Origin: an uncultured delta proteobacterium
GTDB taxonomy: Bacteria > Desulfobacterota > Binatia > UBA9968
Reading direction: 5' to 3'
Assembly (NCBI GenBank): GCA_963745035.1
Contig: CAVUVW010000015.1
Coordinates: 1-64,000 of the forward strand
DNA: 64,000 nucleotides
Below are positions 18,664-29,444 of the stretch, one piece after another. Both the position numbers and the translations under genes were made by a program. Positions within the stretch are counted from its first letter, which is position 1. Each line of letters starts with the position of its first letter. Below the pieces are notes generated by a model. It was not told the origin of the DNA and made no database searches. It worked only from the letters and a program-made list of their open reading frames with translations.

Positions 18664-19029
18664 TTAAACGAATCTTTTGGCCTTGCGCTCGGCGATTTCC
18701 TGGCTGGACTTGCAGGCGATGCACAGCGTCGTCACCGGGCGGGCTTTCAGCCGCTCGATGCCGATCTCTTCGCCGCACTCTTCGCAGATCCCGTATTCGC
18801 CGTCGGTCAGGCGCTGCAACGCTTCCTGAATTTTGAAGATGAGTTTGCGCTCCCGGTCGCGGATGCGCAGGATCGAGTTCCGATTCGATTCCATGGACGC
18901 GCGATCGGTCGGGTCGGGAAAGTTCCCGTCCTCGTCCATGTTCTCGACGGTCTTACCGGCTTCCAGGCGCAGCTCGGCGATCCGCTGATTCAACAGGTTT
19001 CGAAAGTAGTCGATGTCTTCGCGATTCAT
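18664..19029 (-). CDS. dksA: RNA polymerase-binding protein DksA
   Basis: PDPTDRA coiled-coil tip and C4 zinc finger YGICEECG...RLKARP.TTLCIACK. Confidence 0.93.
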   Translation of the reverse strand: MNREDIDYFRNLLNQRIAELRLEAGKTVENMDEDGNFPDPTDRASMESNRNSILRIRDRERKLIFKIQEALQRLTDGEYGICEECGEEIGIERLKARPVTTLCIACKSSQEIAERKAKRFV

Positions 19030-19163
19030 GGTCACAACGCGCGCCCAATGCGATGGCGTCAATTATAGGGGAAAGACGACAAACATCAACCGGTCGCCTC
19101 CTACCGTCGATTTCTTGTGGTCGGCGACGATTTCGAACGAGGGCCACGCGCGTCCCCGAGGCG

Positions 19164-19985
19164 TCAGTCGCCGAAGGAAGCGGGACGAGGATGCGCCAAG
19201 ACGTATACCTCGGTTGATTTCGGCAGCATGCCGCGATTGAGCGTCAGTTGCGACTGGGCGATTTTCTTCACCGGGTAATGCGTCTGAGCAAACGCCGAAA
19301 ACAGCTCGGCTTGACGCGCCACGTCGTAGTGCATGGGAATAACGATGGGCGGCTTCACCTGCTCGACGACTTTCATAATATCTTCAAAGCCGAGATTGGT
19401 CATCGCATCGATGGGCATCATCATGACGTCGACGTGCTGCAAGACTTTGACCTGCTCGGGCGTCAGCAGATGGCCGATGTTGCCCAGATGCGCGAGGCAC
19501 AAGCTGCCCATCTCGTAGACGAAAATGGAGTTCGCTATGGCTCCCCAGCTCTGACTGCGCTGGCTCGGAATATTGACGATCGTGATATCCTTGACGCTCG
19601 TGCGGATCGGGTTCCACGTTTGCTTGAAAGTAATGCCGCGAAGAATAATCGGATTGCCGGTTACCGCTCCCGTGTTGTTGTGCGTAAAATGATCGTTGCT
19701 CACGGTTACGGCATCGGCCTGAATGCCGGGAGTGACGTTGAAATTCGGATCGGCAACAACTTTGGTTTGGCTTCCCGAGTGGATCAGAAAGCTCGAGTGG
19801 CCGTACCACTGGAGAAAGTACGAGCCCAGAGACGGCGACTTCATGCCGTTGCCCCGCGCTTGCACGAGCTGGCGCCCGTGCCGAAACAATTGGACCAATG
19901 AAGGATTGCAGATTGCCTCGGCGATCCCGCGCAGCGCAACGACGAAAGCCGCTGTTGCCAAACCGAGAAATCCGCGCCGTTCCAT
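19164..19985 (-). CDS. Metallo-beta-lactamase-fold protein (Lactamase_B_3-like) with twin-arginine signal
   Basis: MERRGFL Tat-like signal; WYGHSSFLI, ADP, HLGNIGH, IPMHY. Confidence 0.8.
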   Translation of the reverse strand: MERRGFLGLATAAFVVALRGIAEAICNPSLVQLFRHGRQLVQARGNGMKSPSLGSYFLQWYGHSSFLIHSGSQTKVVADPNFNVTPGIQADAVTVSNDHFTHNNTGAVTGNPIILRGITFKQTWNPIRTSVKDITIVNIPSQRSQSWGAIANSIFVYEMGSLCLAHLGNIGHLLTPEQVKVLQHVDVMMMPIDAMTNLGFEDIMKVVEQVKPPIVIPMHYDVARQAELFSAFAQTHYPVKKIAQSQLTLNRGMLPKSTEVYVLAHPRPASFGD

Positions 19986-20118
19986 TTGACCTCCCGCCCG
20001 CTGACTTCTTTTAGTTTGTGCTCAAAGCCAACACCCTTGAGTCAAAAGGGAAACCGTGAACCGAACTCGACTTTATCGCCCGAGCGGTTCGATTACAAGA
20101 ATACTTGCGGCGAGAACG

Positions 20119-20511
20119 CTAAGCTGAGCAGTGCTTGCAGGTGCCGTAAAAGGCAAGCTGGTGGGAGGTGACTTTGAATCCCTCGTGCGGCAGTTTGACC
20201 GGCTTGATCTCTCTCTGGTTGTCGATCAGGACATCGTACACGCGGTCGCAAAGCTCGCAGATGAAGTGCTGGTGGCGCTCCACCAGCGGATCGAAGTGCT
20301 GTGAGCGGCCGCGCATCAGCACCTGGAGCTTCTCGTCGGCGACCAGCTTTTGCAGGTTGCGGTAAACGGTTCCGAGACTGATGCTCGGCAGCTTCCTCCG
20401 CACCCGGTCATAGATCTGGTCGGCCGTCGGATGCGATTTGTCGTCCTTCACCGTGTCCCAGATGATTTGCAGCTGCTTGGTCGTGCGTGCGTGTCTTCGC
20501 GCCTTGGCCAT
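20119..20511 (-). CDS. Fur-family regulator (PerR-like)
   Basis: SHPTADQIY, SLGTVYRNL, HQHFICELC, CKHC; follows rubrerythrin in the same orientation. Confidence 0.9.
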   Translation of the reverse strand: MAKARRHARTTKQLQIIWDTVKDDKSHPTADQIYDRVRRKLPSISLGTVYRNLQKLVADEKLQVLMRGRSQHFDPLVERHQHFICELCDRVYDVLIDNQREIKPVKLPHEGFKVTSHQLAFYGTCKHCSA

Positions 20512-20513
20512 GC

Positions 20514-21089
20514 TCAGTTCACCACGTCTTCCGCCAAAGACTGGCGCGATTCATCCCCCAAAACCGCACGGGCTTTGTAATTGGGGTGATCGATCAGCAA
20601 CTCGGCGGACTCCCCGCTCACGAGCGCCTGCCGGGCTGGGGCATCGAGCGGAAATCTCACGTATTGCACCGCGCTGATTTTGTCTTCTTTACTGCGCCCT
20701 TCTTCGAAGCGGCCGGGGATGACATGCCCGCCCACCTTCAGAGACACCGCTTCATCGATGCCGAGAAACTTCAGCAGATCGTCCCGCAAATGCGATTGGT
20801 CCTCGATTTCAATAAACAAGGTCGCGCTGAGTTCGCCGGGACCGGGAATCAACTCGTTGTAAACCGCGATCTCTTCACGAATTTTGTCTAGATCGCTGAT
20901 CCTTTCCGCGCGCAGCATTTCCTGGATCTGAAAAATCACCGTATCGCGGTTTTCAAAAACGACCGACACCTTGTCGCCGACCGCTATCCGGCGCTTCTTT
21001 TTCGTTTCGATGATCTTCTCGCGAAATTTCTGACGAATCTTTTCATACGCAGAGAAGCCGAGAATGTCATCGAGAATAATTTTGTTCAT
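20514..21089 (-). CDS. DUF3501 family protein
   Basis: KKKRRI.VG, FENRDT..FQIQEMLRAE, YNELIP, KISAVQYVRF; typical rubrerythrin neighbour. Confidence 0.85.
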   Translation of the reverse strand: MNKIILDDILGFSAYEKIRQKFREKIIETKKKRRIAVGDKVSVVFENRDTVIFQIQEMLRAERISDLDKIREEIAVYNELIPGPGELSATLFIEIEDQSHLRDDLLKFLGIDEAVSLKVGGHVIPGRFEEGRSKEDKISAVQYVRFPLDAPARQALVSGESAELLIDHPNYKARAVLGDESRQSLAEDVVN

Positions 21090-21227
21090 GTGACCCTTAA
21101 CCCCGGCTCTAGTGCTCCATTCTTCACGAAGTATACAACTCACCTCGCGCCGCGCTAGTGCCGCGCCGGCGGATGGGCAGGACGGACGCCTGTCCGCCGG
21201 CGCGGACGATGTTATGGTTATGGTCGA

Positions 21228-21653
21228 TTAGCTGCCGAGCGTGTCGAGGCCCTTGGCGAACCTGCCGGCGTGAGACTTTTCCGCCTTGGCCAAAGTTTCG
21301 AACCATTCCGCCAGCTCGGAAAAACCCTCGTCGCGCGCGGTCTTGGCAAACCCCGGATACATTTCAGTGTACTCGTAGGTCTCGCCTTCCACAGCCGACT
21401 TCAAATTTTTCGACGTGGTGCCGATCGGAACGTTCGTACACGGATCGCCTACCTCTTTGAGAAAATCCAGGTGACCGAAGGCGTGCCCGGTCTCCGCCTC
21501 CGACGTGTCGCGGAATAAACCGCCCACATCCGGGTATCCTTCGATGTCCGCGACCCGCGCGAAATAGAGATAGCGCCGATTCGCCTGAGACTCACCCGCA
21601 AAGGCATGCTTCAGGTTCTCGTGACTTTTCGTGTTAGCCAAACTTTTTGCCAT
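21228..21653 (-). CDS. rbr: Rubrerythrin (short form, no rubredoxin domain)
   Basis: [38 protein letters not shown]. Confidence 0.93.
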   Translation of the reverse strand: MAKSLANTKSHENLKHAFAGESQANRRYLYFARVADIEGYPDVGGLFRDTSEAETGHAFGHLDFLKEVGDPCTNVPIGTTSKNLKSAVEGETYEYTEMYPGFAKTARDEGFSELAEWFETLAKAEKSHAGRFAKGLDTLGS

Positions 21654-21665
21654 AAAACCTCCTTC

Positions 21666-21688
21666 TTATTAGTAATAGTTACTAATAA
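21666..21688. promoter_or_regulatory. Perfect 10-3-10 AT-rich inverted repeat, candidate PerR/Fur box
   Basis: TTATTAGTAA-TAG-TTACTAATAA immediately upstream of the rbr RBS. Confidence 0.75.
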
Positions 21689-21783
21689 TAAAGTGACCGA
21701 GCCCAGTCAAGCGGCTTTTGCTTTTTTTGCCCGCGCCGTTCTGTTATTTTACGCATACCCAAACTACTTCCAATTAGAACCCG

Positions 21784-22104
21784 ATGATCACCATCGATGA
21801 TTTTCGTAAGGTCGAGCTTAGAGTCGCGACGGTTAAAAGCGCGGAACCCCACCCAAATGCGGACCGCTTGATGGTTCTGCGCGTCGATCTGGGCGAAGAG
21901 GAACGGCAAATCTGCGCCGGCATCAGGAGTCACTACGCGCCGGAGGATCTTATCGGCAAACAGATCATCGTCGTCTCCAACTTGGAGACCGCGAGGCTTC
22001 GCGGCTTGGAGAGCCAGGGTATGCTCCTAGCAGCATCCGATGAAGGCCGGGTGATCGTGTTGACTCCCGAGAAACCGGTGCAAGCGGGCGCGAAAATTTC
22101 CTGA
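21784..22104 (+). CDS. tRNA-binding OB-fold protein (MetRS C-terminal / Trbp111 / CsaA-like)
   Basis: ITIDDFRKVELRV, HPNADRL, NL...LRGLESQGMLLA. Confidence 0.9.
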   Translation: MITIDDFRKVELRVATVKSAEPHPNADRLMVLRVDLGEEERQICAGIRSHYAPEDLIGKQIIVVSNLETARLRGLESQGMLLAASDEGRVIVLTPEKPVQAGAKIS

Positions 22105-22133
22105 AACGCCCGGGCGAGAACGCAGCTTATTTC

Positions 22134-23267
22134 ATGTCTGAGTTTCCTCACGGCCGTCCGACGTTTTGTTCCATTGATCACGACGCGTTGCACTGGAACC
22201 TGCGCCAAATCCGCGACCAAGTCGGCGCCGAGATCAAGATCCTTTCCATGGTCAAAGCCAACGCCTACGGCCACGGCGCCGCCGCGGTCGCGCGCACTCT
22301 GAGCGCCGCCGGCAGCGACGCCTTCGGGGTGGCCACTTTGGAGGAAGGCATCGAGCTGCGGCAAGCTGGCATCAAAGAACCCATTTTGGTTGTAGCCGGC
22401 GTCTATGAAGCCCAGCTCGCTGACTTTTTTGCCCATGGGCTGACCCCGGTCGTGCACGACCTCGGCCGACTGAGCGATCTTGAGAAGGCGGTCGGCGGCC
22501 AGGGCGCGACCCTTGATGTGCATGTAAAGATCGATACCGGAATGGGCCGGCTCGGTCTGGTCGCCGCAGAGTGCGAAAATTGGATTGGTGCGCTGAAAGA
22601 TCTCAACGCCATTAAAATCGACGGCGTATTTTCACATTTCTCCCATGCCGAGAGCGTCGAAGGCGACTACACGCAACGACAACTGGCGGTTTTCAAACAG
22701 GTCATTGAACGCCTGCGCGGCGAAAATATTCGCCCGCGGCTGGTTCATTTCGCCAACAGCGCGGCAACGATTACCTTGCCCGCCGCCTATTTCGATATGG
22801 TTCGCCCGGGCATCATGCTCTACGGCGTCTATCCTTCGCCCGTGATGGCGAGTCAAATCAGCTTGAAGCCGGTGCTCGCATGGAAAACAAAAATCCTTCA
22901 GCTCAAGAAAGTTCCTTGCGGGACGAGCATTAGCTACGGCCAGACGTTTATCACCCAGCGCGAAAGTCTGATCGCCACCTTGCCGGTCGGTTACGCCGAC
23001 GGTTATCCGCGCCTGCTGTCCAATTGCGGAGAAGTTTTGGTGGGCGGTCAGCGCGCCAAAGTCGCCGGAAGAGTGTGCATGGATTTGACTATGATAGATG
23101 TTACCGATATACGAAACGTACAACAGGGAGATGAGGTTGTTCTCCTCGGCCGTCAAGGCAGCGCGGAAATATCCGCCGACCAGATAGCCGCCTGGGCCAA
23201 CACGATCTCGTACGAGATTCTCACTTCCATCAGCGCGCGCGTTCCCCGCATTCATTTAAATTCTTAG
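22134..23267 (+). CDS. alr: Alanine racemase
   Basis: VKANAYGHG, HVKIDTGMGRLG, RPGIMLYG, GYADG, GRVCMD. Confidence 0.97.
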   Translation: MSEFPHGRPTFCSIDHDALHWNLRQIRDQVGAEIKILSMVKANAYGHGAAAVARTLSAAGSDAFGVATLEEGIELRQAGIKEPILVVAGVYEAQLADFFAHGLTPVVHDLGRLSDLEKAVGGQGATLDVHVKIDTGMGRLGLVAAECENWIGALKDLNAIKIDGVFSHFSHAESVEGDYTQRQLAVFKQVIERLRGENIRPRLVHFANSAATITLPAAYFDMVRPGIMLYGVYPSPVMASQISLKPVLAWKTKILQLKKVPCGTSISYGQTFITQRESLIATLPVGYADGYPRLLSNCGEVLVGGQRAKVAGRVCMDLTMIDVTDIRNVQQGDEVVLLGRQGSAEISADQIAAWANTISYEILTSISARVPRIHLNS

Positions 23268-23281
23268 GAGGATCACCGGCA

Positions 23282-24856
23282 GTGGGCAGGATCGAGAGAG
23301 CCCTGGTCAGCGTTTCGGACAAGAAGGGCGTCGTTGAATTTTGCCGCGGCCTTGCCGCATTGGGGATCGAGCTCGTCTCCACCGGCGGCACGGCGTCGCT
23401 GCTGCGCGAAAACAAGATCGCGGTCAGAGATGTTTCGGAATTGACCGGTTTTCCGGAAATGATGGATGGCCGGGTCAAGACGCTCCATCCGAAAATTCAC
23501 GGCGGCATTCTCGCGCTGCGCGACAATCCCGAACACGTCGCGAAAATGAAAGAGCATGGCATCGCGCCCATCGATCTCGTCGTCGTCAATCTCTATCCGT
23601 TTGAAGCGACGGTCGCGCGCGCCGCGCCGTTCGAAGAAATCGTCGAGAACATCGACATCGGCGGCCCGAGCATGGTACGCGCCGCGGCAAAGAATCATCA
23701 GCATGTCGGTGTCGTCGTCGATCCGGAAGATTACAACTCCATTTTGGCGGAGCTGCGGGAGAACAGTCTCTCGCTCACGCCGGGGACACGCTTCAAGCTC
23801 TTCACGAAAGCTTTTCAGCACACCGCTCACTACGACGGCGCCATTTCGAATTATTTCTCCTCACTTGATGAGAGCCAAAAGCCCCAACGCTGGGGCCGGA
23901 CCGTCAATATTCAAGTTTCCAAGTTGCAGGACATGCGCTACGGCGAGAACCCGCATCAAACTGCGGCGTTTTACGGGACCAAGGGCGATAGCGGTCCATC
24001 CATCGCTCGCGCCAAACAGTTCCAGGGCAAAGAGCTCTCATTCAACAACATTCTGGACGCCGACGCGGCATTGAGCACGGTTCTGGAGTTTTCCGATATC
24101 GCCACTGTTGCGATCAAACACAACAACCCGTGCGGAGTCGCTCTTTCAAAGAAGTCGCTGGGCGACTCGTTCCGCAAAGCAAAAGCCTGCGATCCGGTTT
24201 CGATCTTCGGTGGCGTACTCGCTTTCAATCGACCGGTTGATGAAGAAACGGCCAAAGAGCTTAAAGACATTTTTCTCGAAATCGTGATCGCGCCGAGTTT
24301 TACGCCGGAGGCAAAAGCGGTGCTGTCGTCGGCAAAGCGTCTGCTCAATATTCGGCTACTCGAAGTTGATATGAACGAGCCCCAGGGGGGCGGTTACGAC
24401 CTGCGCCGGGTACGCGGCGGCATGCTGATTCAAGATTGGGACATGGGAACCGTCGACGTGCGCGCCTGCAAAGTTGTGACTGAACGCAAACCAACGGAAG
24501 CAGAGTACCAAGCACTCGATTTTGCCTGGCGCGTTTGCCGCCATGTCAAATCGAATACGATTGTTTTCGCCTCGCCGGAGCAAGTTCTCGGCGTCGGCGC
24601 CGGCCAGATGAGCCGCATCGACTCGACCAAGATTGCCGTCCTGCGCGCCGCCACTCACGGACTGGATCTCAAAGGCTCCGCGGTCGCCTCCGATGCGTTC
24701 TACCCCTTTCGTGACGGGCTCGACGAAGCGGCCAATGCCGGAGCCAAAGCCGTGATCCAACCCGGCGGCTCGATCAAAGACGACGAGGTCGTCGCCGCCG
24801 CGAACGAGCATGGCATCGCGATGATCTTCACCGGCATGAGACATTTCCGGCACTAA
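23282..24856 (+). CDS. purH: Bifunctional AICAR formyltransferase/IMP cyclohydrolase
   Basis: [43 protein letters not shown]. Confidence 0.97.
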   Translation: MGRIERALVSVSDKKGVVEFCRGLAALGIELVSTGGTASLLRENKIAVRDVSELTGFPEMMDGRVKTLHPKIHGGILALRDNPEHVAKMKEHGIAPIDLVVVNLYPFEATVARAAPFEEIVENIDIGGPSMVRAAAKNHQHVGVVVDPEDYNSILAELRENSLSLTPGTRFKLFTKAFQHTAHYDGAISNYFSSLDESQKPQRWGRTVNIQVSKLQDMRYGENPHQTAAFYGTKGDSGPSIARAKQFQGKELSFNNILDADAALSTVLEFSDIATVAIKHNNPCGVALSKKSLGDSFRKAKACDPVSIFGGVLAFNRPVDEETAKELKDIFLEIVIAPSFTPEAKAVLSSAKRLLNIRLLEVDMNEPQGGGYDLRRVRGGMLIQDWDMGTVDVRACKVVTERKPTEAEYQALDFAWRVCRHVKSNTIVFASPEQVLGVGAGQMSRIDSTKIAVLRAATHGLDLKGSAVASDAFYPFRDGLDEAANAGAKAVIQPGGSIKDDEVVAAANEHGIAMIFTGMRHFRH

Positions 24857-24936
24857 AAACAGTAGTCAGTCGCCAGTATGCAGCGGGCAGGTCTCGTATT
24901 CGTTCCTGCTGACCTGACGGCTGGAAACTTATCTCC

Positions 24937-26226
<1,290 letters not shown>

Positions 26227-26289
26227 GGTCTAGCGTTGAATGCAAGCTCAGACTCCGGACATGAGACACCGAAAAAAGGATTCCGGAAT

Positions 26290-26423
26290 GCTTCGACCGT
26301 TCGAGAAGCCTCACGGCAGGCTTCTCGACGGCCTTCAGTTCCGAGCCCGTCGGGAAATCAACATGCACGGACTTGGCTCAGGTCTTTAAGATTTTTTTTC
26401 GTTCGCGCTGAGCCTGTCGAAGG
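26290..26423. repeat. REP/REPIN-like palindromic element between purD and purE
   Basis: 11-bp hairpin TCGAGAAGCCT/AGGCTTCTCGA 26301..26328; terminal CTTCGAC(26291)/GTCGAAG(26416) inverted pair; REP-like GTTCGCGCTGAGCCTGTCGAAGG. Confidence 0.6.
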
Positions 26424-26469
26424 ATTCCGATAACTTTATGGCAGCTGGATTGAAAAACGGAGGAGCACT

Positions 26470-26982
26470 GTGGCAGATAACAATCCCAAAGTCGGCATCT
26501 TGATGGGCAGCGATTCCGATCTCGAGGTGATGCGCGAAGCGGAGAAGCGGCTCGATTCTTTTGGCGTCGCCTATGAGACCCGCATCATGTCTGCACACCG
26601 CACCCCCGAGAAGGCCGCGGAATACGCCGCGACAGCGCAGCAGCGCGGCCTGCAAGCTATTATTTGCGGCGCGGGCGCTGCCGCGCATCTGGCCGGCGCG
26701 ATTGCCGCTAACACCACGTTGCCGGTGATCGGCATTCCGATCGATTCGTCAAGCCTGAAGGGCCTTGATGCCTTGCTCGCCACGGTGCAGATGCCGGCCG
26801 GTATTCCTGTAGCGACGATGGCGATTGGCAAGGCGGGAGCAGCCAACGCCGGCATTTTTGCGGCGCAGATTGTCGCGCGCACGGACAGCGCCGTTGCCAC
26901 CAAGCTGGATCAGTTCAAAAAGGAGATGGCTGCCGGCGTCGAAGATCGGGACCGAAAGCTGCAGAGTGAAAGAAAAAGCTGA
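26470..26982 (+). CDS. purE: N5-CAIR mutase
   Basis: MGSDSD, SAHRTP, GAAAHL, GLDALL..VQMP.GIPVAT. Confidence 0.96.
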   Translation: MADNNPKVGILMGSDSDLEVMREAEKRLDSFGVAYETRIMSAHRTPEKAAEYAATAQQRGLQAIICGAGAAAHLAGAIAANTTLPVIGIPIDSSSLKGLDALLATVQMPAGIPVATMAIGKAGAANAGIFAAQIVARTDSAVATKLDQFKKEMAAGVEDRDRKLQSERKS

Positions 26983-27589
26983 AACGCTGAGCCAAGCGGT
27001 GACCGCGCTCCGCCGCGGCGAAGTCATCGCATTCCCGACGGAAACCCTCTACGGCCTCGGCGCCGATGCGCTCAATGCGGCGGCTGTCGAAAAAGTTTTT
27101 CAACTCAAAGGCCGTGATCCGGCCAATCCCATCCCGGTTCTCATCGCCGATCGCAGCATGCTGTCGCGCTTGGTGCTTAACGTTTCGCCGCTGGCTGAAA
27201 GGTTAATCGCCCACTTTTGGCCGGGTCCATTGACAATCGTCTTGCCAGCGCGCCGCGATATCGCGCGGCCGCTCGTCAGTGCGGCCGGGAACATCGGCGT
27301 GCGGATATCCAGCCAACCGATCGCCAACGAGTTGGTTCAAGCTCTCGGTCATCCGCTCACGGCGACGAGCGCCAACCCTTCGGGACGGCCCGCCGCCCGA
27401 AACGGCAGAGAAGCGCGAGACTATTTCTCCGGACAGATCGATATTTTTGTCGACGGCGGCACGCTCACTTCCAAGACAGGCTCCACCGTTGTCGAAATCT
27501 CCGGCGACCTGATCAAGATCATTCGCCAGGGCGACATCGCTCGATCGAAGCTCGAAGAAGTTCTCGGTGGGGAAAGGATTTTACCATGA
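26966..27589 (+). CDS. tsaC: L-threonylcarbamoyladenylate synthase (YrdC/Sua5)
   Basis: FPTETLYGL, KGR, WPGPLT, TSANPSG, STVV. Confidence 0.92.
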   Translation: MKEKAETLSQAVTALRRGEVIAFPTETLYGLGADALNAAAVEKVFQLKGRDPANPIPVLIADRSMLSRLVLNVSPLAERLIAHFWPGPLTIVLPARRDIARPLVSAAGNIGVRISSQPIANELVQALGHPLTATSANPSGRPAARNGREARDYFSGQIDIFVDGGTLTSKTGSTVVEISGDLIKIIRQGDIARSKLEEVLGGERILP

Positions 27590-27810
27590 GCCGAAGCCTT
27601 TACCTTACTTTGGCAGCCCTGAGCGTGAGCCTGTTGATGAGCGCTGCCTGCGACTCGAAAAAAGACCCCGTCACAAGCGGTCGAGAAGCGGTCAAAGAAG
27701 TCGTCACCCAGCCATTCAAAACTTTGGAAGGCGCCAAAGATTCACTCAAGCAGAGCGAAGACAAGACTAAAGCTGCGCTGGAAGAATTCGAAAAAGAATC
27801 AAAGCAGTGA
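27586..27810 (+). CDS. Small lipoprotein
   Basis: MSRSLYLTLAALSVSLLMSAAC lipobox followed by a charged helical domain. Confidence 0.7.
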   Translation: MSRSLYLTLAALSVSLLMSAACDSKKDPVTSGREAVKEVVTQPFKTLEGAKDSLKQSEDKTKAALEEFEKESKQ

Positions 27811-27829
27811 TGGCCGCTATTCTGCGGCG

Positions 27830-28354
27830 CGCCGCTTTCACTGATGCGCTCGACTTCTCTTCCGTCTTCGCCTTCGTAGTAATTACATTTCGGTCGCGCA
27901 CGTAAAGAGCGCGGAAGCCGACATTCGGACCAACGGCGGCGCTGCCGTACGCGCCGACTTTGTTGGAGTCGGGGTAATCGCACAGATCGGGAAACTCCAT
28001 CGTGCTCACCACCAGATAGCGGAGCTCCGTCGATCCCGCATTGATGAGTTGATGCGCATAGTCGGCACCGGCGGGCAGGCGATCACGCTCCTCCGGTGAC
28101 GGCGATTTCTTCTTTGCCGAACCGTAAAATTCCTGCCCCGTCGATGATGTAAATCATTTCTTCGTTGCCGGTATGCGTGTGATAGGGAAACGCCGCCTTG
28201 CCCGGCGGCACGTTAAAAAAGCTATAGCCGAGTTTGCGCGCGCCGATCTGCGCGCCGACACGCTGCCGCTGGCCGCCGAAACCGAATTCGCCGGCGCGTT
28301 GATTTTGTCCACCGGAACTTCCGAAAGCTGAATAATGTGCTGGTGCTTCGCCAT
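27830..28354 (-). CDS. Cupin domain protein, frameshifted (3' end approximate)
   Basis: Pieces LGYSFFNVPPGKAAFPYHTHTGNEEMIYI, AHQLIN and DLCDYPDSNKVG, typical of GST-like cupin_2 proteins. Confidence 0.7.
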
Positions 28355-28419
28355 GTAAACCTCCCTTTCCGCCACGCCGGCTCCCCTTGCCGCCGCGGTT
28401 GTGCTATCAAGAGAGAATT

Positions 28420-29398
28420 ATGTTGGTGCTGTCCGAAACACAAGTTCAGAGCCTTATCGACATCGACGAGCTCATCGCCGCGCTGGAGCACGCGCACATT
28501 CAGTACTCCACGGGCAAAGCAGTCATGCCGGTGCGGCTGGTTGTCCCGCTGCCGCAGATTCAGGGCCGCATCACCAGCATGCCGGGTTTCTTGAGCGATG
28601 ATAAAGCTTTGGCCATGAAAGTCGTGACCTATTTTCAGGAGAACCCCAAGCAAAATTTGCCGGCCATCCTCGGCACGATCCTGCTTTTCAGCTCCGAGAC
28701 GGGCAAGCTGATCGCCGTAATGGACGGCAGTTACATCACTGCCATTCGAACCGCCTGCGCATCTGCCATGGCGACCAAAGCACTAGCCAACGCTGATACG
28801 CCCGTGATGGGAATCCTCGGGGCGGGGGTTCAAGCCCGCACTCACATCCAAGCCTTGAGCCGCGTCCGGAAAATCAAGCGGGTCAAGATTTACAGCCCGT
28901 CAGGTGCCAGCGCCGTCCGCGATTAAGAAAGACCTGGAACCGGCCACGGGTATAACCATCGAAGTCGCGCCGAGCCCGGAAGAAGCGCTGCGCGGCGCAG
29001 ACATCGTAGTCACCGCGAGCACGGCGAAAACGCCAATTGTCAAAGTGGAATCCTTGAAGGCCGGCGTTCACATCAACGCCGTCGGCTCGCACCGCCCCGA
29101 TTCGCGTGAACTCGACGGCGCCACCATGGCGCGCGCAAGAGTGGTCGTCGATTCGCGTGAAGCGATCATGGCTGAATGCGGCGACATTCTGCTCGCTATC
29201 GAAGAGAATTCGATCGGCAAGAACCATATTCATGCCGAGATCGGCGAAGTTCTCGCCGGCGCCAAATCGGGCAGAAGCAGCGCGGCCGAGATCACGCTTT
29301 ACAAATCAGTCGGTATCGCCATTCAGGACGTAGCAACAGCCCGTCTCGTGTATCACAAGGCGTTAGAGCGTGGCATCGGCACGAACGTCGAAATCTGA
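28420..29398 (+). CDS. Ornithine cyclodeaminase / mu-crystallin family protein, one frameshift near 28915
   Basis: MKVVT, TAIRTA, GAGVQA, HINAVGS, YKSVGIAIQD. Confidence 0.88.
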
Positions 29399-29444
29399 TC
29401 CGGCTGACTCGAACCAGAAACCAGAAACTAGAGACTTTCTACAA

